Positions 18,721 through 28,112 of a DNA stretch of 64,000 bases are shown here, piece by piece. Made by a program: the position numbers and the translations under genes. The DNA comes from Candidatus Moraniibacteriota bacterium (GTDB taxonomy: Bacteria > Patescibacteriota > Minisyncoccia > Moranbacterales > UBA1568). The notes beneath the pieces are model-generated. The model did not search any database. It worked only from the letters and a program-made list of their open reading frames with translations, and had not been told where the DNA came from. The DNA lies in the NCBI GenBank assembly GCA_016182385.1, contig JACPGV010000002.1:253190-317189 (forward strand), written 5' to 3'. The stretch's first letter is position 1, and each line of letters starts with the position of its first letter.

Positions 18721-19878
18721 ATGACGTATAATCGTTATAAAAAATTCTTCTTTTTCTTAAGTGTGGCGCTTGCGGGCTTTGTTTTTTTGGGCATAGTAAA
18801 CGTTTTTTTTAGTTGTTACATTTTTCCCAAGTTGGCAACTATTCCTTTTTTCTCCGATCTGGATGTTTTTCGAAAAATGACGGAACGAGTGACGGTTATC
18901 AATAAGACCGAACAAGTGGTTGTTCGTGAAGATGATTCGCCGGAGAAAATAGCCTCTCAACCGGCAACCGCCATGGTTCGTATGGTGACTCTTTTTGATG
19001 GGCAAAAGGGAACAATTCTGGAGCCGCTTGTGCAAACCGGAGTATTACTGACTAATGATGGAATGTTGGCGATATACGAAGAAAACAGTTCGATACGTGA
19101 AGGGAGTCGTTATCAAGTAATTCTTTTTGATGGCTCTCAGCAAGAGGCAGAGTTTGTGGGGCGTGATTCTTTGATTCGTGTCAATTTTTTTCGTTTACGG
19201 GAACGCATGAATACGCCGGCCATGGCGTTTGCTAATTCTGATGACGTGCGAGTAGGAAAAAAAGTGATGCTTTTGCAATCGACGGAAACGGAATATCAGA
19301 ACCATTTTACTACTGGTATGATTGGCGCGTTTGATAAAACTTTTAATCTTTCTGCTAAAACCGTTTCTTTTTCCGACAACTGGGAGGGGGTTTTTAGAGT
19401 GTATGGGAGTGAGGCGGACTCTTTTGCTGGTGGAGCGGCAATCGGTTTTAATGGGGAAATGATTGGTTTGATCGGATCTTTTGTTGTTGATAATAAAATG
19501 GAAACTTTCATCATTCCCTCGAACATCCTTCGTGACTCTTTACAGCAAGCTATTGATGGCATGCTTGCGGATCGTCCGGTCCTTGGTTTGTATTATTTGC
19601 CTATTACGAAAACGCTCAAGCTTTCTTTGGGGCTTTCTCGTGATCGCGGAGCCCTGGTGTATTCTCCGTCCGGTAAGACAGGACTTGCTTTGCTTGTTGA
19701 TTCCAAGGCGGCACGCGTCGGATTCATGGCGGGTGATATTATTATGGCAATAAATGAGAGTGAAGTTGACGTGGATCACCCTTTGCCAAAACTTCTTCAT
19801 GGGTTAAAAAGAGGAGACAACGTTGTATTTACAATATGGCGTCATGATAAAGAGGAACGAAGAGAGATGATTTGGTAG
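18721..19878 (+). CDS. HtrA-like trypsin/PDZ protein, probably catalytically inactive
   Basis: HtrA architecture (TM, GVLLTNDG, FANSDDVRVG, RPVLGLYY, PDZ), but the TNxH His and GNSGG Ser motifs are replaced (DSFAGGA). Confidence 0.8.
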   Translation: MTYNRYKKFFFFLSVALAGFVFLGIVNVFFSCYIFPKLATIPFFSDLDVFRKMTERVTVINKTEQVVVREDDSPEKIASQPATAMVRMVTLFDGQKGTILEPLVQTGVLLTNDGMLAIYEENSSIREGSRYQVILFDGSQQEAEFVGRDSLIRVNFFRLRERMNTPAMAFANSDDVRVGKKVMLLQSTETEYQNHFTTGMIGAFDKTFNLSAKTVSFSDNWEGVFRVYGSEADSFAGGAAIGFNGEMIGLIGSFVVDNKMETFIIPSNILRDSLQQAIDGMLADRPVLGLYYLPITKTLKLSLGLSRDRGALVYSPSGKTGLALLVDSKAARVGFMAGDIIMAINESEVDVDHPLPKLLHGLKRGDNVVFTIWRHDKEERREMIW

Positions 19879-19905
19879 CCCTCCTTTGACGGAGGGTCTT
19901 TTTTT
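19879..19905 (+). terminator. Intrinsic terminator
   Basis: CCCTCC-TTTGAC-GGAGGG followed by TCTTTTTTT. Confidence 0.8.
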
Positions 19906-19948
19906 GCTTATAATCAAAGAAATTGTTTGAGTTCTAACTTGATTTTCT

Positions 19949-21184
19949 ATGCGCCAATCACAACTCTTTACCAAAACATCAAAGACCTCACCCAAGGATG
20001 AGGTGAGTAAGAATGCCTTGCTTTTGATTCGCGCTGGTTATACATACAAGGTCATGCCAGGAGTGTATGCTTATACACCACTTGGGTTAATGGTGTTAGA
20101 GAAGATAAAACAGATTGTGCGTGAAGAGATGAATGCGATTGGTGGCCAGGAGCTTATTATGACCAATTTGCAGCGCAAAGACACTTGGGAAAGTACTGGT
20201 CGTTGGAGTGATGAAGCGGTAGATGTCTGGTTTAAAACCAAACTTCAAGATGGTACTGAGCTTGGACTCGCATGGAGTCATGAGGAAGCTATCATGGAAA
20301 TGATACAGCGTTTTGTTGAGAGCTATAAAGATCTTCCAGTGAGCGTATATCAGTTTCAGACTAAGCTGAGGAATGAATTGCGGGCTAAAAGCGGTATTAT
20401 GCGTGGGCGTGAATTTGTCATGAAAGATATGTACTCACTGCATGCTACAGAGGCTGATATGGATCAATACTATGATCAAGTCATTGAGGCCTATAAGAAA
20501 ATTTATGCACGTCTTGGTCTGGGAAATGAGACGTATATTACTTTTGCCAGTGGCGGCGCTTTTACCAAGTTTAGTCATGAATTTCAGACATTGTGTGATG
20601 CGGGTGAGGACGTGCTGTACGTCAATGCCGATAAGACAGTAGCAGTGAATGAAGAGGTACTTGATGATGCGAGTGCTCAGTTGGGGGTTGATAAAAACAC
20701 GCTGGTTCCGATGAAAAGCGCTGAGGTAGGAAATATATTTAAGTTTGGTACCGAGAAAAGTGACAAAATGCATATTGTTTATAAGGATAGAGAAGGAAAA
20801 CAGCAGCCTATATATCTTGCTTCGTATGGTATCGGTATTACTCGTGCGATGGGAGTAATTGTTGAAAAACTGGCCGATGAAAAAGGATTGGTGTGGCCGG
20901 AAAGCGTAGCGCCGTTTCGCGTGCATTTGTTGTCGCTTGATGCGAATGAGCAAGCGGAAGCAATATATGAATCATTGACACGGGCGGGAATTGAAACGAT
21001 TTATGATGATCGGAGCGTGAATGCCGGTGAGAAATTCGCCGATAGTGATTTGTTGGGCATTCCGTATCATGTGGTTATTGGTAAACGGTCGCTCGAATCA
21101 AAAAAGGCCGAGGTTAAACATCGACAAACGAAAAAAACGGAAGAAGTGTCTTTTTCAGAACTTATTGATTATTTGCAACCATAA
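19949..21184 (+). CDS. proS: Proline--tRNA ligase (short form, no INS editing domain)
   Basis: MRQSQLF..LLIRAG, YQFQTKLRNELRAKSGIMRGREFVMKDMYS, EVGNIFK, SYGIGITR, and an anticodon-binding domain. Confidence 0.95.
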   Translation: MRQSQLFTKTSKTSPKDEVSKNALLLIRAGYTYKVMPGVYAYTPLGLMVLEKIKQIVREEMNAIGGQELIMTNLQRKDTWESTGRWSDEAVDVWFKTKLQDGTELGLAWSHEEAIMEMIQRFVESYKDLPVSVYQFQTKLRNELRAKSGIMRGREFVMKDMYSLHATEADMDQYYDQVIEAYKKIYARLGLGNETYITFASGGAFTKFSHEFQTLCDAGEDVLYVNADKTVAVNEEVLDDASAQLGVDKNTLVPMKSAEVGNIFKFGTEKSDKMHIVYKDREGKQQPIYLASYGIGITRAMGVIVEKLADEKGLVWPESVAPFRVHLLSLDANEQAEAIYESLTRAGIETIYDDRSVNAGEKFADSDLLGIPYHVVIGKRSLESKKAEVKHRQTKKTEEVSFSELIDYLQP

Positions 21185-21190
21185 ATTTTC

Positions 21191-21895
21191 ATGAAAGAGA
21201 TGTCACGAAAAGAACGTATTCTCATTTCTCTCGGAGGCTCGCTTATTGTTCCTGAGGCGATTGATTGGGAATTTGTAAAGTGTTTCAAGAAATTTATTAC
21301 GCAACATATTCGATTAGGATATTCCTTTATTGTGGTAACAGGTGGTGGTAAGACAGCAAGAAAATATATCGAGGCAGCTGCTAAGGTGACCAATATTACT
21401 GATGATGACAAGGATTGGTTGGGTATTCATGCAACACGTATGAATGCTCATTTTATTCGGACGGTTTTTCGTTCGTATGCTCATCCTCGCATCAATACCA
21501 ATCCTCATAATCTTGAAGATTTTTATGATGTAAAGGAGCCTTTGCTGGTGGCTGCGGGATGGCGACCTGGATGTTCTACCGACTACGATGCTGTTTTGTT
21601 AGGAAAGTATCTTGATGTGAAGCGTATTATCAATCTTTCCAATATTGATTATGTGTATGACAAGGATCCTCGTGAATATGCTGATGCCAAAAAGATTAAA
21701 AAAATCTCTTGGAAAAAGTTTCGTCGGTTGGTTGGTGAAGAGTGGAACCCGGGTATGAATGCACCTTTTGATCCTATTGCTTCAAAATTGGCTGAGGCCG
21801 AAGGTATGGAAGTAGCGATCCTCAATGGGGGAGACATGAAGAATGTAACTCGTTATATTTCCGGAGAAGCGTTTGTGGGAACGGTTATTCGATAA
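21191..21895 (+). CDS. pyrH: UMP kinase (archaeal type)
   Basis: ISLGGSLIVP, VTGGGKTARKY, DWLGIHATRMNA, GWRPGCSTDYDA and PFDPIA. Confidence 0.92.
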   Translation: MKEMSRKERILISLGGSLIVPEAIDWEFVKCFKKFITQHIRLGYSFIVVTGGGKTARKYIEAAAKVTNITDDDKDWLGIHATRMNAHFIRTVFRSYAHPRINTNPHNLEDFYDVKEPLLVAAGWRPGCSTDYDAVLLGKYLDVKRIINLSNIDYVYDKDPREYADAKKIKKISWKKFRRLVGEEWNPGMNAPFDPIASKLAEAEGMEVAILNGGDMKNVTRYISGEAFVGTVIR

Positions 21896-21901
21896 TCGCG
21901 T

Positions 21902-22858
21902 GTGGATATGGACGTGAAAAAAGTTTTGCTTGCTTCGCCACGAGGGTTTTGTGCTGGTGTGGCACGAGCGGTCAAGGCAGTGGAAGATACGCTCGCGATT
22001 TTTGGTGCACCGGTTTATGTGAAACATGAGATTGTGCATAATAAACATGTGGTCGCTTTACTTGAAGAGAAAGGAGCGAAAACGGTTGAAAACTTACCTG
22101 AAATTCCAGATGGCGCAGTGGTTGTTTTTTCGGCACACGGATCACCACCTGAACATTATATCGAAGCCAGGCGTCGTGGCATGCGACTCATCGATGCGAC
22201 GTGTCCACTTGTTACGAAAGTACATCTTGAGGTGCAGCGTTTTTTTAAAGAAGGATATGAAATTGTATATATTGGACACAGGGGTCATATTGAAGGTATC
22301 GGCGTCCGGGCGGAGGGCGGAGAAAGACACATACCGCTCGTTGAAACAATTGAAGATGTAGCTGCATTGGATATTGGTAATCCGGAAAAAGTCGTGTATC
22401 TCACCCAGACGACGCTTTCTGTTGACGAGACAGCCGAAGTTATTGTGGCTTTGAAGAAAAAATATCCACAGATTGTTGCGCCGCCGCTTGCGGATATTTG
22501 TTTTGCGACAACCAATCGTCAAAGTGCAGTGAAGGAACTTGCTCAGGCATCCGATCTTGTATTTATTCTCGGGTCAAAAACTTCATCCAATTCGACGCGG
22601 CTTATGGAGACGGCACGAGCCATTGGTACGAAGGCTTATCTTATTGATGATGTTTCTGACATTCAAGAAGAGTGGCTACTGGACGTGGCGACGGTCGGTG
22701 TTTCTGCCGGAGCGAGTGCGCCGGAACATGTCGTAGAGGATGTTGTTGCACATTTCGTCGATCACGGTGCAATCGTTGAGGATTTTGCGGTTCTTCCGGA
22801 AAATATGCGTTTTGCTGAGCCGATCGAATTGATGCATTTGCGACAGAATAGCGTATGA
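21902..22858 (+). CDS. ispH: 4-hydroxy-3-methylbut-2-enyl diphosphate reductase
   Basis: PRGFCAGV, IVHN, SAHG, DATCPLVTKVH, QTTLS, DICFATTNRQ, SSNS and AGASAP. Confidence 0.96.
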   Translation: MDMDVKKVLLASPRGFCAGVARAVKAVEDTLAIFGAPVYVKHEIVHNKHVVALLEEKGAKTVENLPEIPDGAVVVFSAHGSPPEHYIEARRRGMRLIDATCPLVTKVHLEVQRFFKEGYEIVYIGHRGHIEGIGVRAEGGERHIPLVETIEDVAALDIGNPEKVVYLTQTTLSVDETAEVIVALKKKYPQIVAPPLADICFATTNRQSAVKELAQASDLVFILGSKTSSNSTRLMETARAIGTKAYLIDDVSDIQEEWLLDVATVGVSAGASAPEHVVEDVVAHFVDHGAIVEDFAVLPENMRFAEPIELMHLRQNSV

Positions 22859-23982
22859 ATATAGCTATCCAAGCGAGCGATCTTGATGCACAGAGAATTG
22901 ATGGAACGCGCGTATATCTTAAAAATCTTTTGGACCGTTTCGGAGCGCTCGCACCTGAGACGAAATTTTTATTATTTCACAAAGATGTTTTTAATCCGGC
23001 ACTTCTACCACCCGAGCGGTCGAATTATCGTCCAGTGAGTATCCCATTTCCATTTTCGTGGATGCAAACACGATTTGCTTTTGAAATATTTCGCGTAAAG
23101 CCGAATAAGCTTTTTCTGCCAATTCAGGCGTCGCCAATCTTTATTCCGAAAGAGGTGGAAGTAACAGCGACGATTCATGATTTGGCGTTCAAGAAATATC
23201 CGGAAACGTTTCCGAAAAGTCATCGCGCGAAGCTGGATTTTCTGCTTCGGACCGTCCTTTGTCGCGCTGATAAGCTCATCGCCGTATCCGCATCGACAAG
23301 GAAGGATATTCTGGAATATTTTCCAAATATTTTACCGGAAAAAGTACGTGTTATTCATCATGGTTTTGATGCCAAGTTTTTTTCCAAAAAATTTTCTGAA
23401 GGAGAGTTGAAAGAGATGCTTTCGCGGTATCGTTTGCATCCGAAAGGATATATTTTGTATGTGGGAGCGCTCCAGCCGCGGAAAAATCTCATTCGACTGA
23501 TTGAGGCATTCACGCTTGCGAAGCAAAGCGGCTCGCAAGAAATGAAACTCGTGCTCGCCGGCGAAGCAGCATGGCTTTCGGAGGGTATTTTTGGGGCACG
23601 TGAGAAAAGCTCGTATCGTGATGACATCATTTTTACTGATCGCGTATCATTTGATGATTTGCGCGTATTGTATCAAGGAGCGAAATTGTTCGCATTTCCG
23701 TCATTGTATGAAGGGTTTGGATTGCCAATTCTTGAAGCGTTCGCCTCTGGCGTTCCGGTGCTTACCGCGGACAACTCTAGTTTGCCGGAAGTTGGGGGAA
23801 ATGCCGCATTGTATTGCCAAGCGAAAAACGTTTTGGACATCGCTGAAAAACTTAAACAATTGTGGGGCGACGAAATGCTTCGTGCAGAATTAGTAAAACG
23901 TGGTAGTGAACGTTTGCAATATTTTTCGTGGGAGAGATGCGCGCAAGAGACTCTTGGCTGCATTTTCGATTCCACGCATTGA
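22855..23982 (+). CDS. Glycosyltransferase family 4
   Basis: TIHDL, YVGALQPRKN and FPSLYEGFGLPILEAFASG. Confidence 0.92.
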   Translation: MNIAIQASDLDAQRIDGTRVYLKNLLDRFGALAPETKFLLFHKDVFNPALLPPERSNYRPVSIPFPFSWMQTRFAFEIFRVKPNKLFLPIQASPIFIPKEVEVTATIHDLAFKKYPETFPKSHRAKLDFLLRTVLCRADKLIAVSASTRKDILEYFPNILPEKVRVIHHGFDAKFFSKKFSEGELKEMLSRYRLHPKGYILYVGALQPRKNLIRLIEAFTLAKQSGSQEMKLVLAGEAAWLSEGIFGAREKSSYRDDIIFTDRVSFDDLRVLYQGAKLFAFPSLYEGFGLPILEAFASGVPVLTADNSSLPEVGGNAALYCQAKNVLDIAEKLKQLWGDEMLRAELVKRGSERLQYFSWERCAQETLGCIFDSTH

Positions 23983-24050
23983 TACCGTGGATGTTTATAA
24001 TACAAAAATTTTTTCGCTTTTTTTATTAAACTATTTAGAGAAAAATACTC

Positions 24051-24086
24051 ACTATACTTTTCTTGCAATTGCAAGAAAAGTATAGT
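24051..24086. repeat. Perfect 36-bp palindrome, copy 1
   Basis: ACTATACTTTTCTTGCAA-TTGCAAGAAAAGTATAGT, identical to 24793-24828. Confidence 0.97.
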
Positions 24087-24138
24087 TCACTTAAAGAAAC
24101 AAAAGATAAAATCTCGAGAGTTATAAAAAGGTAAACGT

Positions 24139-24771
24139 ATGAAAAGAAAAAAAATGTCAATGGAAAATATGAGGAAAAGAATAGAGGGTTTTCTTTTTTC
24201 TGATAGCCCTTCTGTGACAGTGACAAAATTTCTTTTGGTGTTTATTGCTATTGGCGGAGTAGCTGTTGTTGGAGCTACTCTTCCGGGTCTTGTAAAAACG
24301 ATTGGTCATTTTTCTCGTATGTCAAAGAAAAGAAAGGAGTATTCGAAAGAGAAAATCTCGGCCTCGTTTGAGTATTTGAAGAAAAAACAGTTTATTAAAA
24401 TAATTAAAGAGAAAAATGGAAAGGTACAGGTAAAGTTGACTAATAAGGGAAAGTCGCGGTTAACGGAGTATTCTCTTGATATGTTGGAAATTCGAAAGCC
24501 GAAACAGTGGGATGGTAAGTGGAGGATTTTTATGTTTGATATTCCAGCGCACCCGAAAATATATCATTCCGCACGTGAGGCTCTACGAAGCAAGATAAAG
24601 AAACTCGGATTTTATCAAATTCAGAAAAGTGTTTGGATTTATCCGTATGAGTGCGAGGATGAGATTCTCTTTATTGCCGAGATGTTCAAGGTACAGAAAT
24701 ATATAGAGATTTTGACTGTTGAAAAATTATTGCATGAAAATTTTGTTCGCGAAAAATTCCCATTTTTATAA
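24139..24771 (+). CDS. PaaX-like protein: hydrophobic N-terminal helix, winged HTH, Cas2/VapD-like ferredoxin domain
   Basis: SASFEYLKKKQFI..VKLTNKG (wHTH wing) and WDGKWRIFMFDIP..REALRSKIKKLGFYQIQKSVWIYPY (PaaX/Cas2-like domain). Confidence 0.8.
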   Translation: MKRKKMSMENMRKRIEGFLFSDSPSVTVTKFLLVFIAIGGVAVVGATLPGLVKTIGHFSRMSKKRKEYSKEKISASFEYLKKKQFIKIIKEKNGKVQVKLTNKGKSRLTEYSLDMLEIRKPKQWDGKWRIFMFDIPAHPKIYHSAREALRSKIKKLGFYQIQKSVWIYPYECEDEILFIAEMFKVQKYIEILTVEKLLHENFVREKFPFL

Positions 24772-24790
24772 ATTTTCTGTAAACTATATA

Positions 24791-24830
24791 AAACTATACT
24801 TTTCTTGCAATTGCAAGAAAAGTATAGTTT
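24791..24830. repeat. Perfect palindrome, copy 2 (36-bp core extended to 40 bp)
   Basis: AAACTATACTTTTCTTGCAATTGCAAGAAAAGTATAGTTT. Confidence 0.97.
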
Positions 24831-24948
24831 GATGATAGGGTGAGGTAGCATGGATAGGGTGCGGTTATTTTTTTGGAGTTGGATGAAACAATAGTGTAAT
24901 TTCCTGATCACATGTTTTATTTTTTGTGATTTTCCGGTTTTATACCCT

Positions 24949-24981
24949 CCTGCATTCAACCTGTATTGAACCTACATTCAA
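24949..24981 (+). repeat. Three imperfect 11-bp tandem repeats
   Basis: CCTGCATTCAA CCTGTATTGAA CCTACATTCAA. Confidence 0.7.
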
Positions 24982-25054
24982 CATTCTATTGCAATAAAGT
25001 GTTTTTTGTGTCAGAATGTATTCGCCGTGTAGCGGCTTTTTTGTTTGTAGAGAT

Positions 25055-26512
25055 ATGGCAAAAGAAAACATAGTATTGAGATTTGAGAATGTATCCTTTG
25101 AGTATGGACACAAAAAACCTATTCTTGATGAGGTGAGTTTTAGCGTGCGTAGTGGAATGAAGGTCACCTTGATGGGACAGAATGGGGCAGGAAAAAGCTC
25201 GCTGTTCAAGTTGATTACCGGTGAAACGCAACCGCAGCATGGGCACATCTCTATTGATTCCTTGGCGACGGTCGCGATTGCACGACAGGTCATTCCACGA
25301 GACGAGCTTGATTTTTCCGTGAAAGAGTTTTTTGTAAAACATTTTTCCGGAAAAGAGTGGGAGTTGGAAATGAATATTCGTGAGGTTTTGGAGATTGTTA
25401 ATATGCCCATGCCACCCCTTGAAAAGAAAATAAGGGAATTTTCTGGTGGACAGCAAGCGCGACTCCTTCTTGCTTCAGCGCTTATTCAGGATCCGGATAT
25501 TTTGCTTCTTGATGAACCGACGAACAATCTGGATTATGCAGGCATTGAACATTTGACGCAGTTTCTTGTGAATTATGAAAAAACTGTTTTAGTCATTTCT
25601 CATGACGCCGAATTTTTGAATGCTTTTACTCATGGAGTGTTGTATTTGGACGTTTTCACTCATAAAATTGAGCAGTACGCCGGTGATTATTATGATGTTG
25701 TTGAAGAAATCAAACGCCGTATTGAAAAAGAGCAAAGTGAAAATGTTCGTTTGGAACGCACTATTCGCGAAAAAAAGGATCAGTCGAATGTTTTTGCCAA
25801 CAAAGGTGGAAAGTTGCGCGCCGTAGCAAAACGAATGCGTGATCTCGCTGAAGAGCTTGAGGAAAATAAAGTGGATATTCGCCGTGAGGATAAAACGCTT
25901 TCACCGTTTACGATAGAGTGCGAAGATATTATTGGCCGAATCGTGCGCATTAAAACTGTGTCACTGGTGACGTCTCTGGGTCCGGCTATAAAGCACGTAG
26001 ATTTGGATTTGAAGCGTAATACGCACCTTCTTGTCTCTGGACCGAATGGCATTGGAAAAAGTACGTTTCTTGAAGCGCTTGCACGTGGTGATGAAGAGCG
26101 TGTCACTATTGCCCCGGGAGTCAAAGTGGGATATTATCGACAAGATTTTTCTACGCTTGATTTTCATAAAACAGTCGCCGAAACACTTCTTCCGGTAACG
26201 TCGGACGGAAGCATGGAAACGGTGTATCGTACGACAGCACGTTTTCTTTTACCAGCTGAGCTTGTGCAGAATAAAATAGAGAGCCTCTCAGAGGGACAGA
26301 AGGGGCTTTTAATGTTCGCGTATTTGTTTTTACAAAAACCGGAGTTGCTCATTCTTGATGAGCCGACCAACCATATCAATTTTCGTCATTTGCCGGTGAT
26401 CGCGGAAGCGCTCGACAAATACAAAGGCACAATGATCTTTGTTTCACATGTTCCGGGTTTCGTTGCTGATATCCGTATTGACGAAGTGCTTGATTTGGAA
26501 TCGCTTGTTTAG
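25055..26512 (+). CDS. ABC-F family ATPase
   Basis: Two NBDs (GQNGAGKS/FSGGQ/LLLDEPTNNLD and GPNGIGKS/LSEGQ/LILDEPTNH) and no TM domain. Confidence 0.92.
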   Translation: MAKENIVLRFENVSFEYGHKKPILDEVSFSVRSGMKVTLMGQNGAGKSSLFKLITGETQPQHGHISIDSLATVAIARQVIPRDELDFSVKEFFVKHFSGKEWELEMNIREVLEIVNMPMPPLEKKIREFSGGQQARLLLASALIQDPDILLLDEPTNNLDYAGIEHLTQFLVNYEKTVLVISHDAEFLNAFTHGVLYLDVFTHKIEQYAGDYYDVVEEIKRRIEKEQSENVRLERTIREKKDQSNVFANKGGKLRAVAKRMRDLAEELEENKVDIRREDKTLSPFTIECEDIIGRIVRIKTVSLVTSLGPAIKHVDLDLKRNTHLLVSGPNGIGKSTFLEALARGDEERVTIAPGVKVGYYRQDFSTLDFHKTVAETLLPVTSDGSMETVYRTTARFLLPAELVQNKIESLSEGQKGLLMFAYLFLQKPELLILDEPTNHINFRHLPVIAEALDKYKGTMIFVSHVPGFVADIRIDEVLDLESLV

Positions 26513-26928
26513 TATTTGACGGGTGTTTTCTGAAGGAGATATCCTGCCAAGAAAAATCCGCCGATAAGAAGAAAAATAATAATGGGAGGAAATTTAAAAA
26601 GAGATACACTCAGGAGTGCGATAGCAAGAAGAAGTCCGAAGGAAAAGAGCGGACTTTTTTTATTGAATGAAAAGGGGAAAGAGAGATGAAGAAAACGTCC
26701 GAGAGCGGCGAGAAAGAAAGAAAAAAAGACAAGAGCGGAGAGCATTTTTGTAAGACTGAAACGTGCGGTGACAAATGTGGGAAGCAGTGTTTCGATGGTA
26801 AAGAGTCCTATGAATCCGAGGTATCCTAAGAGGAGTGCTTCCGCAAGAAGAGCATAGCAGACGGCGAGGAGGCCATTTTCTTTAGCGCGGAGAAGTTTTT
26901 TGTGTATGGTTTGAGAGAGGTGTTTCAT
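26509..26928 (-). CDS. Hypothetical membrane protein
   Basis: Four hydrophobic segments; ATGA overlap with the upstream gene. Confidence 0.7.
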   Translation of the reverse strand: MKHLSQTIHKKLLRAKENGLLAVCYALLAEALLLGYLGFIGLFTIETLLPTFVTARFSLTKMLSALVFFSFFLAALGRFLHLSFPFSFNKKSPLFSFGLLLAIALLSVSLFKFPPIIIFLLIGGFFLAGYLLQKTPVKY

Positions 26929-28106
26929 AGTCGTTCGGATTGAGAAGAGGTAAGGCCAAATCGCGCGAGCAGGCGTTCTTTGATTTGTGAAAGAACAAAC
27001 AACATATTTTCTTTGTTTTTATTGGTGACAAAAGAAAGTGAAAGGGTGTTGATATCTAGAGCGGAAGAAGTATTGGTGATATGTATTTCGAAATCATTTC
27101 CGGGAGCGTCGCGTAGCGCTTCGAGCGAAGCGTGACAGGAGAAAGAGCGGCCAAAAAAAGAGCGTGTCGGAAGACACGTGGTTGCCACGGTACTCATACG
27201 CGAGGAGGCATTGATCGGGGACTGTTTGCTGAGAAGAAAATCACGGTACGTTGTGTCGATAAGAGAGCGCTTCGTGTTGTGGTCAACGAGAAAATAAGTT
27301 TTTGTTTCTTGATCAAAGAAAAGCGTTCCATCGGGATGAATGTCACCTAAAAGGAAAATTTTTCCGCGTTTGTAAATACCAATTTCTTCTTCACTTGATG
27401 GAATAACGTTTTTGAAATCATAGCCGAGCGCAAGAAAAATATCGGCGCTACCGATAGGGCGCATTTCGGTTTCACTGACAATGACGAATACCCCATCAGC
27501 GAAAGAGACGAGAGACCCAACACGAAAGCCGATCCATTCTTCGGAGCGTGGATAGGAAGCAAGGAATGAAGGCGAAACTTCTGTGGCAAAGTGTTTTGGG
27601 TATCGTGAAAGGTAGGCATTTTCACTGATGAAAGGATAGAGCGTATTGTCACGAAGGGCATAATAGGCAGTATCAGAATAGTAGAGAATTTCTTTGGGAA
27701 AAGATTGTATAGACATGCCGTGAGGAAGAAAAAAACCGCGATAGGAACGATAGAGGGAGACGTTGAATGGATTATCAGAATCAGGGATGGCAGATTTTTT
27801 TTCGAGGGAAAAACTGATAAGAGCGGTGGAAAAATTTCCAACGACACCAACATCGGCAATGAGGGTCCCATTTTTTTCCAGTTGCCCGTTTTTTCTTGTG
27901 ACGTGTTCTGGTGAGCGTGGATGGAGAAGATTGTTTTTACTGGAATCAGGCGCACGGAAATCAAAAGAGAATGTCAGTGTTGGAAACAATACTCGCAGGG
28001 AGAATGCAACAATGATTATACTGGTGACAATATAAAGGAGTATACGAGCAAAACGATAGGTTGATTGCCAGTGTGGCGCGATAACGACAGAGGAAAAAGG
28101 GTTCAT
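26925..28106 (-). CDS. Membrane-anchored hypothetical surface protein with short repeats
   Basis: N-terminal TM helix and repeated GxL..Y(F/L)V..KR units (GSLVSFADGVFVI..MRPI, DGTLFF..TYFLVDHNTKRSL). Confidence 0.65.
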   Translation of the reverse strand: MNPFSSVVIAPHWQSTYRFARILLYIVTSIIIVAFSLRVLFPTLTFSFDFRAPDSSKNNLLHPRSPEHVTRKNGQLEKNGTLIADVGVVGNFSTALISFSLEKKSAIPDSDNPFNVSLYRSYRGFFLPHGMSIQSFPKEILYYSDTAYYALRDNTLYPFISENAYLSRYPKHFATEVSPSFLASYPRSEEWIGFRVGSLVSFADGVFVIVSETEMRPIGSADIFLALGYDFKNVIPSSEEEIGIYKRGKIFLLGDIHPDGTLFFDQETKTYFLVDHNTKRSLIDTTYRDFLLSKQSPINASSRMSTVATTCLPTRSFFGRSFSCHASLEALRDAPGNDFEIHITNTSSALDINTLSLSFVTNKNKENMLFVLSQIKERLLARFGLTSSQSERL

Positions 28107-28112
28107 AGTATT

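Noticed and set aside
24051..24830. CRISPR array (36-bp repeats next to a Cas2-like gene)
   Set aside because: There are only two copies, about 700 bp apart with a gene between them; they are loop-less perfect palindromes, with no spacers and no cas1 or effector genes.
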